From the NCBI GenBank assembly GCA_011192125.1, contig DUEL01000055.1, positions 5,770-69,769 of the forward strand: 64,000 nt of DNA. The letters run 5' to 3'. Below are positions 19,164 to 27,231 of this stretch, piece by piece; positions within the stretch are counted from its first letter, which is position 1; each line of letters starts with the position of its first letter. The position numbers were made by a program, and so were the translations under genes. The notes under the pieces were generated by a model, which was given only the letters and a program-made list of their open reading frames with translations, did not search any database and had not been told where the DNA came from. Source of the DNA: Thermoflexia bacterium (lineage in GTDB: Bacteria > Chloroflexota > Anaerolineae > B4-G1 > DUEL01).

Positions 19164-20213
19164 ATGGAGACGATCCCCCTGTTGAGGGAACTTTCGGAAA
19201 CCCCCGGTTTGGCTGGTCACGAAGGGCCGATCCGGGACCTCGTCCGGCGGTTGTGGTCCCCTCTGGTGGACGAACTTCGCGAGGACGGGCTAGGGAGCCT
19301 CATTGGCACGAAGCAGGGGACGGGCCCCGAGCCGCGTCCTCGGCTGATGCTGGCTGTCCATATGGACGAGATCGGCCTGCGGGTGACGGGGATCGAGAAA
19401 GGTTTCCTGCGTGTCACCCGCCTTGGCGGGACCGACCGGCGGGTACTTCCGGGAGCGGCTGTTGTGGTTCACGGCAAGAAGGACCTCCCTGGCGTCGTTG
19501 GGATGCGACCACCCCATGTGGTTCCCAAAGAGCAGCGGAAGAAGCCAGTCCCGTGGGAGGAACTGTTCGTGGATGTGGGGTTGTCGGAAGAGGAGATACG
19601 GAGGTGGGTCCGTGTGGGCGACCCCATTTCCTTTGACCGGGAATTGGTCGAACTGAAGAACGGCCTGGTAGCCGGAAAAGCGCTGGACAACCGGGCATCG
19701 GTAGCGGCGCTGACGCTGGCGCTGGAGGAGTTGAGCCGTACCCAGCACGCCTGGGACGTGGTGGCCGTGGCGACGGTGCAGGAGGAGGTAGGGCTGTACG
19801 GGGCGGCGACCAGCGCGTACGGTGTGAAGCCGGACCTGGCGGTGGCGGTGGATGTGACATTTGGACGGCAGCCCGGGGTGTCTGCGGATGACTCCTTCCC
19901 GCTGGGTGAGGGGCCGACCATCAGCGTGGGACCCAATTTCCACCCGCAAGTGGTGGGACGGCTCAAAGCCGCCGCCGAGGCCCACGAGATTCCTTACCAC
20001 ATCGAGCCCACCCCCGGCCGCAGCGGTACCGACGCCTGGGCGATCCAGGTGGCCCGGGAGGGGGTCCCAACCGGCCTGATCTCCATCCCGCTCCGGTACA
20101 TGCACCAGCCGGTGGAGACGGTGGCGGTGAAGGATGTGGAGCGGGCTGCGCGGTTGCTGGCGGCCTTTGCGGCGGGGCTGGAGGCGAGTTTCCGGCCCCA
20201 GTGGGAGGAGTGA
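19164..20213 (+). CDS. M42 family metallo-aminopeptidase (FrvX/YsdC/CelM-like), copy 1
   Basis: METIPLLRELSETPGLAGHEGPIRDLV N-terminus; HMDEIGL, GKALDNRASVAA, VQEEVGLYGA motifs; start at internal ATG 19164 (upstream ORF part is His/Asp-rich frame artefact overlapping the PT gene). Confidence 0.8.
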   Translation: METIPLLRELSETPGLAGHEGPIRDLVRRLWSPLVDELREDGLGSLIGTKQGTGPEPRPRLMLAVHMDEIGLRVTGIEKGFLRVTRLGGTDRRVLPGAAVVVHGKKDLPGVVGMRPPHVVPKEQRKKPVPWEELFVDVGLSEEEIRRWVRVGDPISFDRELVELKNGLVAGKALDNRASVAALTLALEELSRTQHAWDVVAVATVQEEVGLYGAATSAYGVKPDLAVAVDVTFGRQPGVSADDSFPLGEGPTISVGPNFHPQVVGRLKAAAEAHEIPYHIEPTPGRSGTDAWAIQVAREGVPTGLISIPLRYMHQPVETVAVKDVERAARLLAAFAAGLEASFRPQWEE

Positions 20214-20267
20214 CGTGTTGTGCGGTATGTGATGCGTCATACGTCACACGTCATACGTCATGCGTCA
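20211..20267. repeat. NRCGTCA heptamer tandem array (5 copies; reverse complement of TGACGYN) between M42 copies 1 and 2
   Basis: gATGCGTCATACGTCACACGTCATACGTCATGCGTCAag; one more TGACGTG overlaps the stop codon at 20211. Confidence 0.6.
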
Positions 20268-20290
20268 AGGGTGTCGCCCTGGAGCGGAAT

Positions 20291-21325
20291 ATGATCCTGA
20301 AAGAACTCTCAGAGGCTTTCGGCCCTTCTGGCAATGAGAGGCCGGTCCGGCAGATACTGCGGCAGGCTTTGGAGGGCCACGTTGATCGGATGTGGGTCGA
20401 TGCGCTGGGTAACCTGCATACGGAGAAGCAGGGGACCGGGGAGGACCGACTGCGGGTGCTGGTGACCGCCCATATGGACGAGATCGGCCTGATGGTCGTG
20501 GGCCACGACGACGACGGCACACTGAAGGTCCGAGCCATTGGCGGGATCGATCCCCGAGTCCTGCCCGGCGCGCAGGTCCTGGTGGGACCGGACCGGCTCC
20601 CCGGTGTGATCGGCCTCAAGCCGGTCCATCTGCTGAAAGAAGGGGAGGCGGACAAAGTTGCCACCATCGACCAGTTGCGGGTGGACATCGGGGCCAAGGG
20701 GAAGGAGGAGGCGAAGAATCTGGCCCCGGTGGGGGCGGTGGTGGTGTTCGCCACGCGGTTCCGTGAGTTAGGGCCGACGGTGATGGGTAAATCGTTCGAC
20801 GATCGGGTGGGGTGCGCGGTGCTGGTGGAGCTGCTTCGTGGGGAGCGGTTCCCTCACGATCTGCATGCCGTCTTCACCGTACAGGAGGAGGTAGGGCTGC
20901 GCGGCGCGCGGGTGGCGGCCTACGCCGCCTGTCCGGATTGCGGTTTCGCGCTGGAGGGGACCATCGCCGACGACCTGCCCAAGGAGAAGGACGTCAGCCC
21001 CACTACGGAGTTGGGGAAGGGTCCGGCGATCACGGTGATGGACCGGACCTTCATCGCCCATCGGGGATTGAACCGGCTGCTGGTGGAGACGGCAGAGGAG
21101 TTGGGCATTCCCTGCCAGTTCAAACAGCCCGGCATCGGCGGCACCGATTCGGGGGCGGTCCATCTGGCCCGGGAGGGGGTCCCCTGTGCCACTGTGGCTG
21201 TCCCCTGTCGCTACATCCACAGCCCGGCCAGCCTCCTCAGCCTTGCCGACTTTGAGAACACCGTGCGGTTGATGCGGGAGGCGCTGAACCGATTGAGGCG
21301 GGAACACGTTGGATCATCTTTTTGA
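20291..21325 (+). CDS. M42 family metallo-aminopeptidase, copy 2
   Basis: MILKELSEAFGPSGNERPVRQILRQ; HMDEIGLMVV, FDDRVGCAVL, VQEEVGLRGA. Confidence 0.8.
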   Translation: MILKELSEAFGPSGNERPVRQILRQALEGHVDRMWVDALGNLHTEKQGTGEDRLRVLVTAHMDEIGLMVVGHDDDGTLKVRAIGGIDPRVLPGAQVLVGPDRLPGVIGLKPVHLLKEGEADKVATIDQLRVDIGAKGKEEAKNLAPVGAVVVFATRFRELGPTVMGKSFDDRVGCAVLVELLRGERFPHDLHAVFTVQEEVGLRGARVAAYAACPDCGFALEGTIADDLPKEKDVSPTTELGKGPAITVMDRTFIAHRGLNRLLVETAEELGIPCQFKQPGIGGTDSGAVHLAREGVPCATVAVPCRYIHSPASLLSLADFENTVRLMREALNRLRREHVGSSF

Positions 21326-21384
21326 TCGCGGAGCGCGGAGGTTCTTAGCGAAATCTTCTCCGCGTCCTCTGCGTCTCTGCAGTG
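21326..21384 (+). repeat. Dispersed element, copy B (GCGGAG...TCCTCTGCGTCTCTGCAGTG)
   Basis: gcggagcgcggaggttcttagcgaaatcttctccgcgtcctctgcgtctctgcagtg, 5' of M42 copy 3. Confidence 0.5.
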
Positions 21385-21417
21385 AAATCGGAGCGCGAAC
21401 ACAGAGGGAGAGGAGAC

Positions 21418-22398
21418 GTGAGAGACCTGATTCGCAAACTGACTGAGACCTATGGCCCTTCGGGCTTTGAGGATCGTATCCGTGCGGTGATCCGGGAGGA
21501 GGTCGAGCCGCTGGCCGACGAGGTGCGGGTAACGCCGCTGGGCAGTCTGGTGGCGGTGAAGAAAGGCACCGGCGGGGGCCGGCGGATCATGCTGGCGGCC
21601 CATATGGACGAGATCGGTGTGATGGCCAGCCACGTGGACGACAAAGGGTTCCTCCGCTTCACTGCCATCGGTGGCGTCAACCCTCTTACCTGCGTCGGAG
21701 CGCGGGTGCAGTTCGAGGACGGGACGTTGGGGGTGATCGGCGTTGAGGGGAAGCGGGAGGATCGGACGAAGGCCCCCCGCCTTGATCAGTTGTACATCGA
21801 CGTGGGGGCGACGGGTAAGGATGACTGCCCTGTGCGGGTTGGGGACGCGGCCGTCTTCGTGCGGCCCTTCGCGGTCCGGGGCACGCGGCTCATCGCTAAG
21901 GCAATGGACGACCGGATCGGCTGTGCAGTGCTGATCGAGACCCTGCGGCGGTTGGAGGGGACGTCCAACGAGGTGTATTTCGTGTTCAGTGTACAGGAGG
22001 AGACCACCCTTTCCGGGGCGCGGACGGCAGCTTATGGGATCGAGCCCGATCTGGCGATTGCGGTGGACGTGACCGGGACGGGGGACACGCCGGAGGCACG
22101 GCCGATGGCGGTGGAGTTGGGCAAGGGTCCGGCGGTGAAGGTGCAGGACCGGGGGATGATCGCCCATCCGCTGGTGCGCGACCTGCTGGTGCGGGCGGCG
22201 GAAGCGGCGGGGGTGGCCTGCCAGATGGAGGTCCTGGAGCGCGGCACCACCGACGCGGCGGCGATGCAGTTGGTGCGGGCGGGTGTTCCCTCTGGCTGTC
22301 TTTCCATCCCTTGTCGCTACGTCCACACCCCCAGCGAGATGGTGGATGAGGGGGATGTGGAAGGGGCGGTGAAGGTATTGGTCGAAGCGGTCCGATGA
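21418..22398 (+). CDS. M42 family metallo-aminopeptidase, copy 3 (GTG start at 21418 preferred; ORF opens at GTG 21382)
   Basis: RDLIRKLTETYGPSGFEDRIRAVIREE aligns with N-termini of copies 1 and 2; HMDEIGVMAS, MDDRIGCAVL, VQEETTLSGA; GGGAG 7 nt upstream of 21418. Confidence 0.75.
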   Translation: MRDLIRKLTETYGPSGFEDRIRAVIREEVEPLADEVRVTPLGSLVAVKKGTGGGRRIMLAAHMDEIGVMASHVDDKGFLRFTAIGGVNPLTCVGARVQFEDGTLGVIGVEGKREDRTKAPRLDQLYIDVGATGKDDCPVRVGDAAVFVRPFAVRGTRLIAKAMDDRIGCAVLIETLRRLEGTSNEVYFVFSVQEETTLSGARTAAYGIEPDLAIAVDVTGTGDTPEARPMAVELGKGPAVKVQDRGMIAHPLVRDLLVRAAEAAGVACQMEVLERGTTDAAAMQLVRAGVPSGCLSIPCRYVHTPSEMVDEGDVEGAVKVLVEAVR

Positions 22399-23210
22399 GA
22401 TCGGTGGAGCGGTTGAGCGAACTCTGGCGGTATCGGGAACTGATCTACAACCTGGTCATCCGCGACCTCAAGGCGCGGTACAAGAACTCCATACTGGGCA
22501 TCGCGTGGTCGTGGCTCAACCCGCTGATGATGATGGTGGTCTACACCGTCGTCTTCAACGTCCTTGCGGGCCGCTCCGGGATTCCGGACTACCCGGTCTT
22601 TCTTCTCTCGGCGCTTCTGCCGTGGAACCTGTTTGCCAACTCGGTCGCTGAAGCGACCAACAGCGTCGTCCAATCCGCCCCGCTGATCAAGAAAGTGTAC
22701 TTTCCTCGGGAGGTTCTTCCCATTTCCGTCGTGCTGGGTAACGCAGTGCACTTCGTGATTAGCCTCCCGGTCTTCTTTGGGTTAGCCCTGGCGATGGGAC
22801 GGCCGATCAGTGGGTGGGTACTTTTGTTGCCTGTGACTCTCCTCGTTCAAATCGCGTTCACGCTGGGGGTCGGGCTCATCACGGCCACGTTGAACGTCTT
22901 TTATCGGGACACCTACCTGATAATGAACGTCCTGCTCACGGCGTGGTTTTTCCTGACCCCCATTTTCTATCCCATCACCACCGTCCCGGAGCAATACGTC
23001 CTCTGGGGGATTGTGTTCAACCCTCGGGTCTGGCTGCGCCGGCTGAACCCGATGGCTTCTATCATTGCCTCTTATCAGGACCTCCTCTACTGGGGCGCGC
23101 CCACCGGTTGGGACTTCTTCTTGCGGACAGCTGTGACGTCGGTGGTGGTCCTGATCGTGGGTTACCTGGTCTTCCTACGGTATAGTCCGAGGTTTGGGGA
23201 GGAGGTGTGA
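22395..23210 (+). CDS. wzm: ABC-2 type polysaccharide export permease (Wzm/KpsM/TagG family)
   Basis: ELIYNLVIRDLKARYKNSILGIAWSWLNPLMMM signature and 6 TM helices; 4-bp overlap with M42 copy 3. Confidence 0.8.
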   Translation: MRSVERLSELWRYRELIYNLVIRDLKARYKNSILGIAWSWLNPLMMMVVYTVVFNVLAGRSGIPDYPVFLLSALLPWNLFANSVAEATNSVVQSAPLIKKVYFPREVLPISVVLGNAVHFVISLPVFFGLALAMGRPISGWVLLLPVTLLVQIAFTLGVGLITATLNVFYRDTYLIMNVLLTAWFFLTPIFYPITTVPEQYVLWGIVFNPRVWLRRLNPMASIIASYQDLLYWGAPTGWDFFLRTAVTSVVVLIVGYLVFLRYSPRFGEEV

Positions 23211-23261
23211 AGAGCAAGGCCTCGCTCTAGATCTGCAAGAGTAGCTTTGGGTTGGGACGAG

Positions 23262-23759
23262 TCAGTCTGGTAGATCTATAGCAACCTCCCCCAAATCAGT
23301 GATTGCCCCCGCTTCAACGGTTACTAGAATATCCAGACCTGTTTCCGGATCAGTGACCACCCACGAATTCCCCGGAGTCCAAATCACCAGTGCATATGTA
23401 TCTGGCTCGACGTCTAGAAAGGCAAAATAACCGTTCTTGTCAGTTGTGGTGCTTGGGGATGAGCTTGGCAGCATTGTGATAATGTGGGACCCGGGGGCCC
23501 CCTCCAGGGGAGATAGTTCGCCTAGATAGATGACCATTTCCACCGCAGGCTCTCCGGAGATATAATCAACAAATCGGCCAGTGATTATCCCTTTGTCGAC
23601 TGGTGGATTAGGGAGTGGGGTCGGGCGGGTCCCCGTGGGAGTGGCAAGGGGGCTGACGTATAGGGGCGATTCGAAGGTCAACTCGGGAGTTGGTCTGACG
23701 TTGCAACCGGATAGACCTATGATTAGGATCGGTAAGATTGCGATGGTCAGACGTTTCAT
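23262..23759 (-). CDS. Lipoprotein with carboxypeptidase-regulatory-like beta-sandwich domain
   Basis: Lipobox ILIIGLSGC; DKNGYFAFLDVEPDTYALVIW pattern; start set at ATG 23759 with GGAGG RBS (upstream ORF part is read-through of the hairpin). Confidence 0.5.
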   Translation of the reverse strand: MKRLTIAILPILIIGLSGCNVRPTPELTFESPLYVSPLATPTGTRPTPLPNPPVDKGIITGRFVDYISGEPAVEMVIYLGELSPLEGAPGSHIITMLPSSSPSTTTDKNGYFAFLDVEPDTYALVIWTPGNSWVVTDPETGLDILVTVEAGAITDLGEVAIDLPD

Positions 23760-23778
23760 GCGTGTACCTCCATCTATT

Positions 23779-23820
23779 ACGCACTCGAAGGCCACCAACC
23801 CTGGTGGCCTTCGAGTGCGT
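23779..23820 (-). terminator. Perfect 19-bp inverted repeat with 4-nt loop between convergently ordered minus-strand genes; terminator or processing/regulatory hairpin
   Basis: acgcactcgaaggccacca-accc-tggtggccttcgagtgcgt; 18 nt after the stop of 23839..25167 and ending just before the RBS of 23262..23759; no U-tract follows. Confidence 0.4.
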
Positions 23821-23838
23821 TGTCAGTGAGATTGAACT

Positions 23839-25167
23839 TTACTGCCCGATACCGTTGTAGGCATAGAGCTGATCCATTATCTGATCACGCTCGGGTGCCT
23901 CGTTCATATCCTCGTTGACTACGCAGACGATGGGTTGTGTCGAGGTTATTGTGGCCGAGCCAATGAAACCATCGCTCAGCAGGGAGTCGGCGGGCTGGTA
24001 GAATAGGTGAATTCCGTTTACAGGGATTGATGGAGAGGTCGTTGTCCCGCTAATGCCGCCATAGGATATGGACATTGTGGCAGAGGCGGTGCCGATGTTC
24101 TGACAGGTGATGCTGGTGTTGTACTTGTAGTAACGCCGCATCACGATTGGAGCACGCACAGTGGTGCTGCCACTTGTGAAGCCGGAGTAGCTGGCCGCAC
24201 GGTTCTTGTCGGTTGACTCGTTTACCAGCACCGCAAGAGGTTGTCCGTTGGTGCTCTCGATCTTGGCACCGGTCAGCAAGCCGGTGGCTAGCCCTTCAAG
24301 CGGTGTGTAACGGCTGTCCGCTGCACCGGGGGGGATCGTCGTATACTTCACTGTGCCGTCGGAGTAGGTGATCTTTACATTCGCATCGGCTGTGCCCATG
24401 TTCTGGATCACAAGTGCGGTGTTGTAACCGTAGTAGTTGTTCATGATCACTGGCGCGTAGGCAACGGTGGAGCCGCTGGAGAAGGGGTTGTATGAGTAGA
24501 GCTGGTCATCATAGGGCCCCCTACCGTAAATGTTTACAACGGCTGCAATGTTCCCCGTGCCGATGATTTTGGCCGAGTAGAATTTGTTGTCGGCGAGCTG
24601 GGCTAGTCCTTCTTGTTCAAAAACGACAAAGCCGTTGGCCGGCACGTTGGTTCGAGTGTCCGTATAGACCGGGGTGGAATTACCGGGTTCATAGATCTCC
24701 AACGTGATATCGATCGTACTACCACTGGCGTTCTGTACAATCACGTTGGAGTAGTAATTGTAGTAATTGTCGTAGATACCGGGTGCGTACAAGGTAGTGG
24801 CGACCTCGCTGCCGCTTATACCACTGTAGCTTGCCCCGCTGTCCGGATCGCTGAAGTTTACGACGGCTGCTACTTCTTGGTCACAGCTGACCACACCAGC
24901 GTATTGTCCATCTGCTACTGTGGTGTCGCTCGGTACGTAGATGTAAGCACTTTCACCTGCGGGGATCGGCGAGAGGGCGCCACTGGAGTACACCTCGTTG
25001 CCGTTGGCGTCATAGAAGCTGAAGACGCAGTTTGCATCCTGAGTCCCCAGGTTCTGAATACGGAACGCTGTATTGAAGGGCCCTTCAGGTGCTGGCGCAT
25101 CGGCGTTGACAGCAACTGGAAGTGTCAGCAGGAGTATGATCATCACGAGGGGTATGTACTTTTTCAT
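23839..25167 (-). CDS. Secreted protein with four internal repeats of about 105 aa (beta-rich, Tyr/Asn/Ser/Thr-rich), possible cell-surface or S-layer-associated
   Basis: Signal peptide MKKYIPLVMIILLLTLPVAVNA; repeat cores NYYNYYSNVIVQNASGSTIDITLEIY / NNYYGYNTALVIQNMGTADANVKITY / RRYYKYNTSITCQNIGTASATMSISY; AGGAGG RBS. Confidence 0.55.
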   Translation of the reverse strand: MKKYIPLVMIILLLTLPVAVNADAPAPEGPFNTAFRIQNLGTQDANCVFSFYDANGNEVYSSGALSPIPAGESAYIYVPSDTTVADGQYAGVVSCDQEVAAVVNFSDPDSGASYSGISGSEVATTLYAPGIYDNYYNYYSNVIVQNASGSTIDITLEIYEPGNSTPVYTDTRTNVPANGFVVFEQEGLAQLADNKFYSAKIIGTGNIAAVVNIYGRGPYDDQLYSYNPFSSGSTVAYAPVIMNNYYGYNTALVIQNMGTADANVKITYSDGTVKYTTIPPGAADSRYTPLEGLATGLLTGAKIESTNGQPLAVLVNESTDKNRAASYSGFTSGSTTVRAPIVMRRYYKYNTSITCQNIGTASATMSISYGGISGTTTSPSIPVNGIHLFYQPADSLLSDGFIGSATITSTQPIVCVVNEDMNEAPERDQIMDQLYAYNGIGQ

Positions 25168-25255
25168 CTTTTAAACCTCCTTTGCCTGATAGGTCGCCCG
25201 CTTAGACGATTTGAAGATATCATAACGGAGGAATTAGCCCTCGGTCAATACTCCT

Positions 25256-26263
25256 TTAGGGGTAATGCTGTGTGTCTCGTTGATCACGTCCAAGTATTCG
25301 TGCTGTGATCCACATTAGCCCACCCCACACCAAGTCGCTAGCGATAAAGAGTACGCGTAGCAGCAGGGCCACCAGCAAAGCCCCGGCAATGGGCAGATTT
25401 GGACTCAGCAGGGCCGTTAATGTTAGTTCTCGGATCCCCATTCCTGCTGGTATGATTATTGAGGTTAAGAAACTGATTCCTCCTGTTAACGCCCATATGC
25501 GTACGGCATCACCCAGGGTTATTCCAGACGTCGGTGCCACGCTATGCGCCAGCAGGAACAGGATTAGCCCCCCGATGACATAAGCAACTGCATACAATCC
25601 CATCCATAGTGCTAGCTCCCTCCATTGTGGTGGATCAAGACTAGAGAGGTTCACAAGCACCTGTCGTAAGGGTCTGGGTAGCCGGGTTTCATCCTGCGTC
25701 GACCAGCGGAGTCTCAGACGTTGAAAGCCGGCCGCGATGAGCACGACAGCAAGGAAAGAGAAAGCGAGGCTTGCTAGCCATGAACTGTGGAGAGGAAGGC
25801 TCAGAGCACTATATATCACCATAGCTATCACTAGTAGCAGCAGCCATTCCAACCCGCTAGCGGCTAGGGTCACATGTGTTTCAATACCCTGCTCGTAGTA
25901 TCGCATCGCTCTTCCGGCCAAGTACCAAGGTGCACCAGGTAGGCGGCGCATAAGGTGGGTGTAGGCATAGATCTCGATGTCACGCCATCTACTCTCCTTT
26001 GGTCCCAGTCTTGCTATCATCATACTCCAGGTCAGGGCCTGGAGGCTTAACGATAGAGGATAGATGAAGAAGCCTCGTGCACAGGCAGCTAGATATGCTT
26101 GCCAATTATCGAATTGCTGCAACTCCTTGTATCCGTAAATGAGTAGGGCGAGGAGGAACCCGACAGAGAGAAAAAGCACTCCCGCGCTTATCCATCGTTG
26201 GAGGCGGGGGTTTTCCCGAAGTATGGACCACTTCTCCAGCAGATTGTGCAATTTTTCCCTCAT
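25256..26263 (-). CDS. Flippase-like polytopic membrane protein (UPF0104 / lysyl-PG-synthase TM-region family)
   Basis: 8 TM segments; family commonly paired with GT2 enzymes; ATGA overlap with methyltransferase upstream. Confidence 0.5.
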   Translation of the reverse strand: MREKLHNLLEKWSILRENPRLQRWISAGVLFLSVGFLLALLIYGYKELQQFDNWQAYLAACARGFFIYPLSLSLQALTWSMMIARLGPKESRWRDIEIYAYTHLMRRLPGAPWYLAGRAMRYYEQGIETHVTLAASGLEWLLLLVIAMVIYSALSLPLHSSWLASLAFSFLAVVLIAAGFQRLRLRWSTQDETRLPRPLRQVLVNLSSLDPPQWRELALWMGLYAVAYVIGGLILFLLAHSVAPTSGITLGDAVRIWALTGGISFLTSIIIPAGMGIRELTLTALLSPNLPIAGALLVALLLRVLFIASDLVWGGLMWITARILGRDQRDTQHYP

Positions 26264-27231
26264 AGTGTTCTGTCGCTATGCCGTTTCCGGGCAAACAGGG
26301 TGATGAGAGAGGAGAGGCGGGCACGGCTGATCATCCAGAACAGGGGTGCGAACGCTAGTCGGAGCGGCATAGTATGTCCTAACCGCAGTATGTGTCGGGG
26401 CCAGCGTGCTGGTGGGGGATACCGGTCCTCCAGGTAGAACCGTAGGCTCATCAAGAAGGCTGAGTAGCTCGTGGCAATGCACTGGAGTCCTTCCACTGTG
26501 AAGCCTAGTTCGGAGAGCGCAGCCGCCAGTGCCCGCCGGGGAAAGAGATAGAGGTGGCGGGGTAGATCCCAACCTAGCCAGAGAGGACCAAACCAGCGAG
26601 CTTCCGGGCTCTCCAGGTTGGGAATCCGGATGACTAGCAACCCCCCGTCTACTAAAAGGCGATGTATCTCTCTGAGGTCAGCCCACGGGGTATGTAGATG
26701 CTCGAGCACGTCCCATAGCGTGATGACGTCAAAAGACGCACTGGGCAAGCCAACCTGACCTAGCCGTCCGACGCGGACATCTAGTCCAAAGCGCTGTTGG
26801 GCATAGCCAGCGGCGGCAGGATCAGGTTCTATGCCGACCACCTCCCATCCAGCTAATTGCATTTCGTGAAGGAAGATGCCAGTGGCACAGCCGACGTCCA
26901 AGAGCCGTCCTTTGGGCTGCAAACGCTCAATTGACCGGCGTCGTTTGAGAATACCGTAGCGGCGGTCCCATCGACGCCACCATACGGGTTCGTCTTCTAT
27001 AGCCTGGATAAAGTTAATATAATCGGGGGGGTAGTAGAAACCGATGGTTTCGACGGTAGGGCGAGGGTTCTGGCGAATCCAACCACATTGCAGACACTCA
27101 ACTACCCGAAAGATGCCCGGCAGGCGATGTAACCGATCGGGTCCTTCGAATAGTTCTCGTTCCTCAGTCGATCCGCAGTGGTCGCATGGGACGAGCTCAG
27201 ACTCTACACCAGGCGGAAACCATGGGCTCAT
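26260..27231 (-). CDS. Class I SAM-dependent methyltransferase with N-terminal Cys4 zinc ribbon
   Basis: CDHCGS...CLQCG zinc ribbon; LLDVGCATGIFLHEM motif I; Methyltransf_11/23-like. Confidence 0.7.
   Translation of the reverse strand: MSPWFPPGVESELVPCDHCGSTEERELFEGPDRLHRLPGIFRVVECLQCGWIRQNPRPTVETIGFYYPPDYINFIQAIEDEPVWWRRWDRRYGILKRRRSIERLQPKGRLLDVGCATGIFLHEMQLAGWEVVGIEPDPAAAGYAQQRFGLDVRVGRLGQVGLPSASFDVITLWDVLEHLHTPWADLREIHRLLVDGGLLVIRIPNLESPEARWFGPLWLGWDLPRHLYLFPRRALAAALSELGFTVEGLQCIATSYSAFLMSLRFYLEDRYPPPARWPRHILRLGHTMPLRLAFAPLFWMISRARLSSLITLFARKRHSDRTL

Noticed and set aside
18616-19220. Antisense RG-rich (18616..19143 -) and GV-rich (18744..19220 -) ORFs over the TP-repeat gene
   Set aside because: Consequence of the hexanucleotide repeat being open in several frames. 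The + strand ORF has a signal anchor, promoter and RBS.
19290-20247. Minus-strand ORFs 19290..20240, 19414..19860, 19469..19966, 19963..20247 across M42 copy 1
   Set aside because: Shadow ORFs opposite a gene with strong family motifs.
21211-22326. 371-aa minus-strand ORF spanning M42 copies 2 and 3
   Set aside because: Crosses an intergenic repeat element and two well-supported + strand genes; low-complexity translation.
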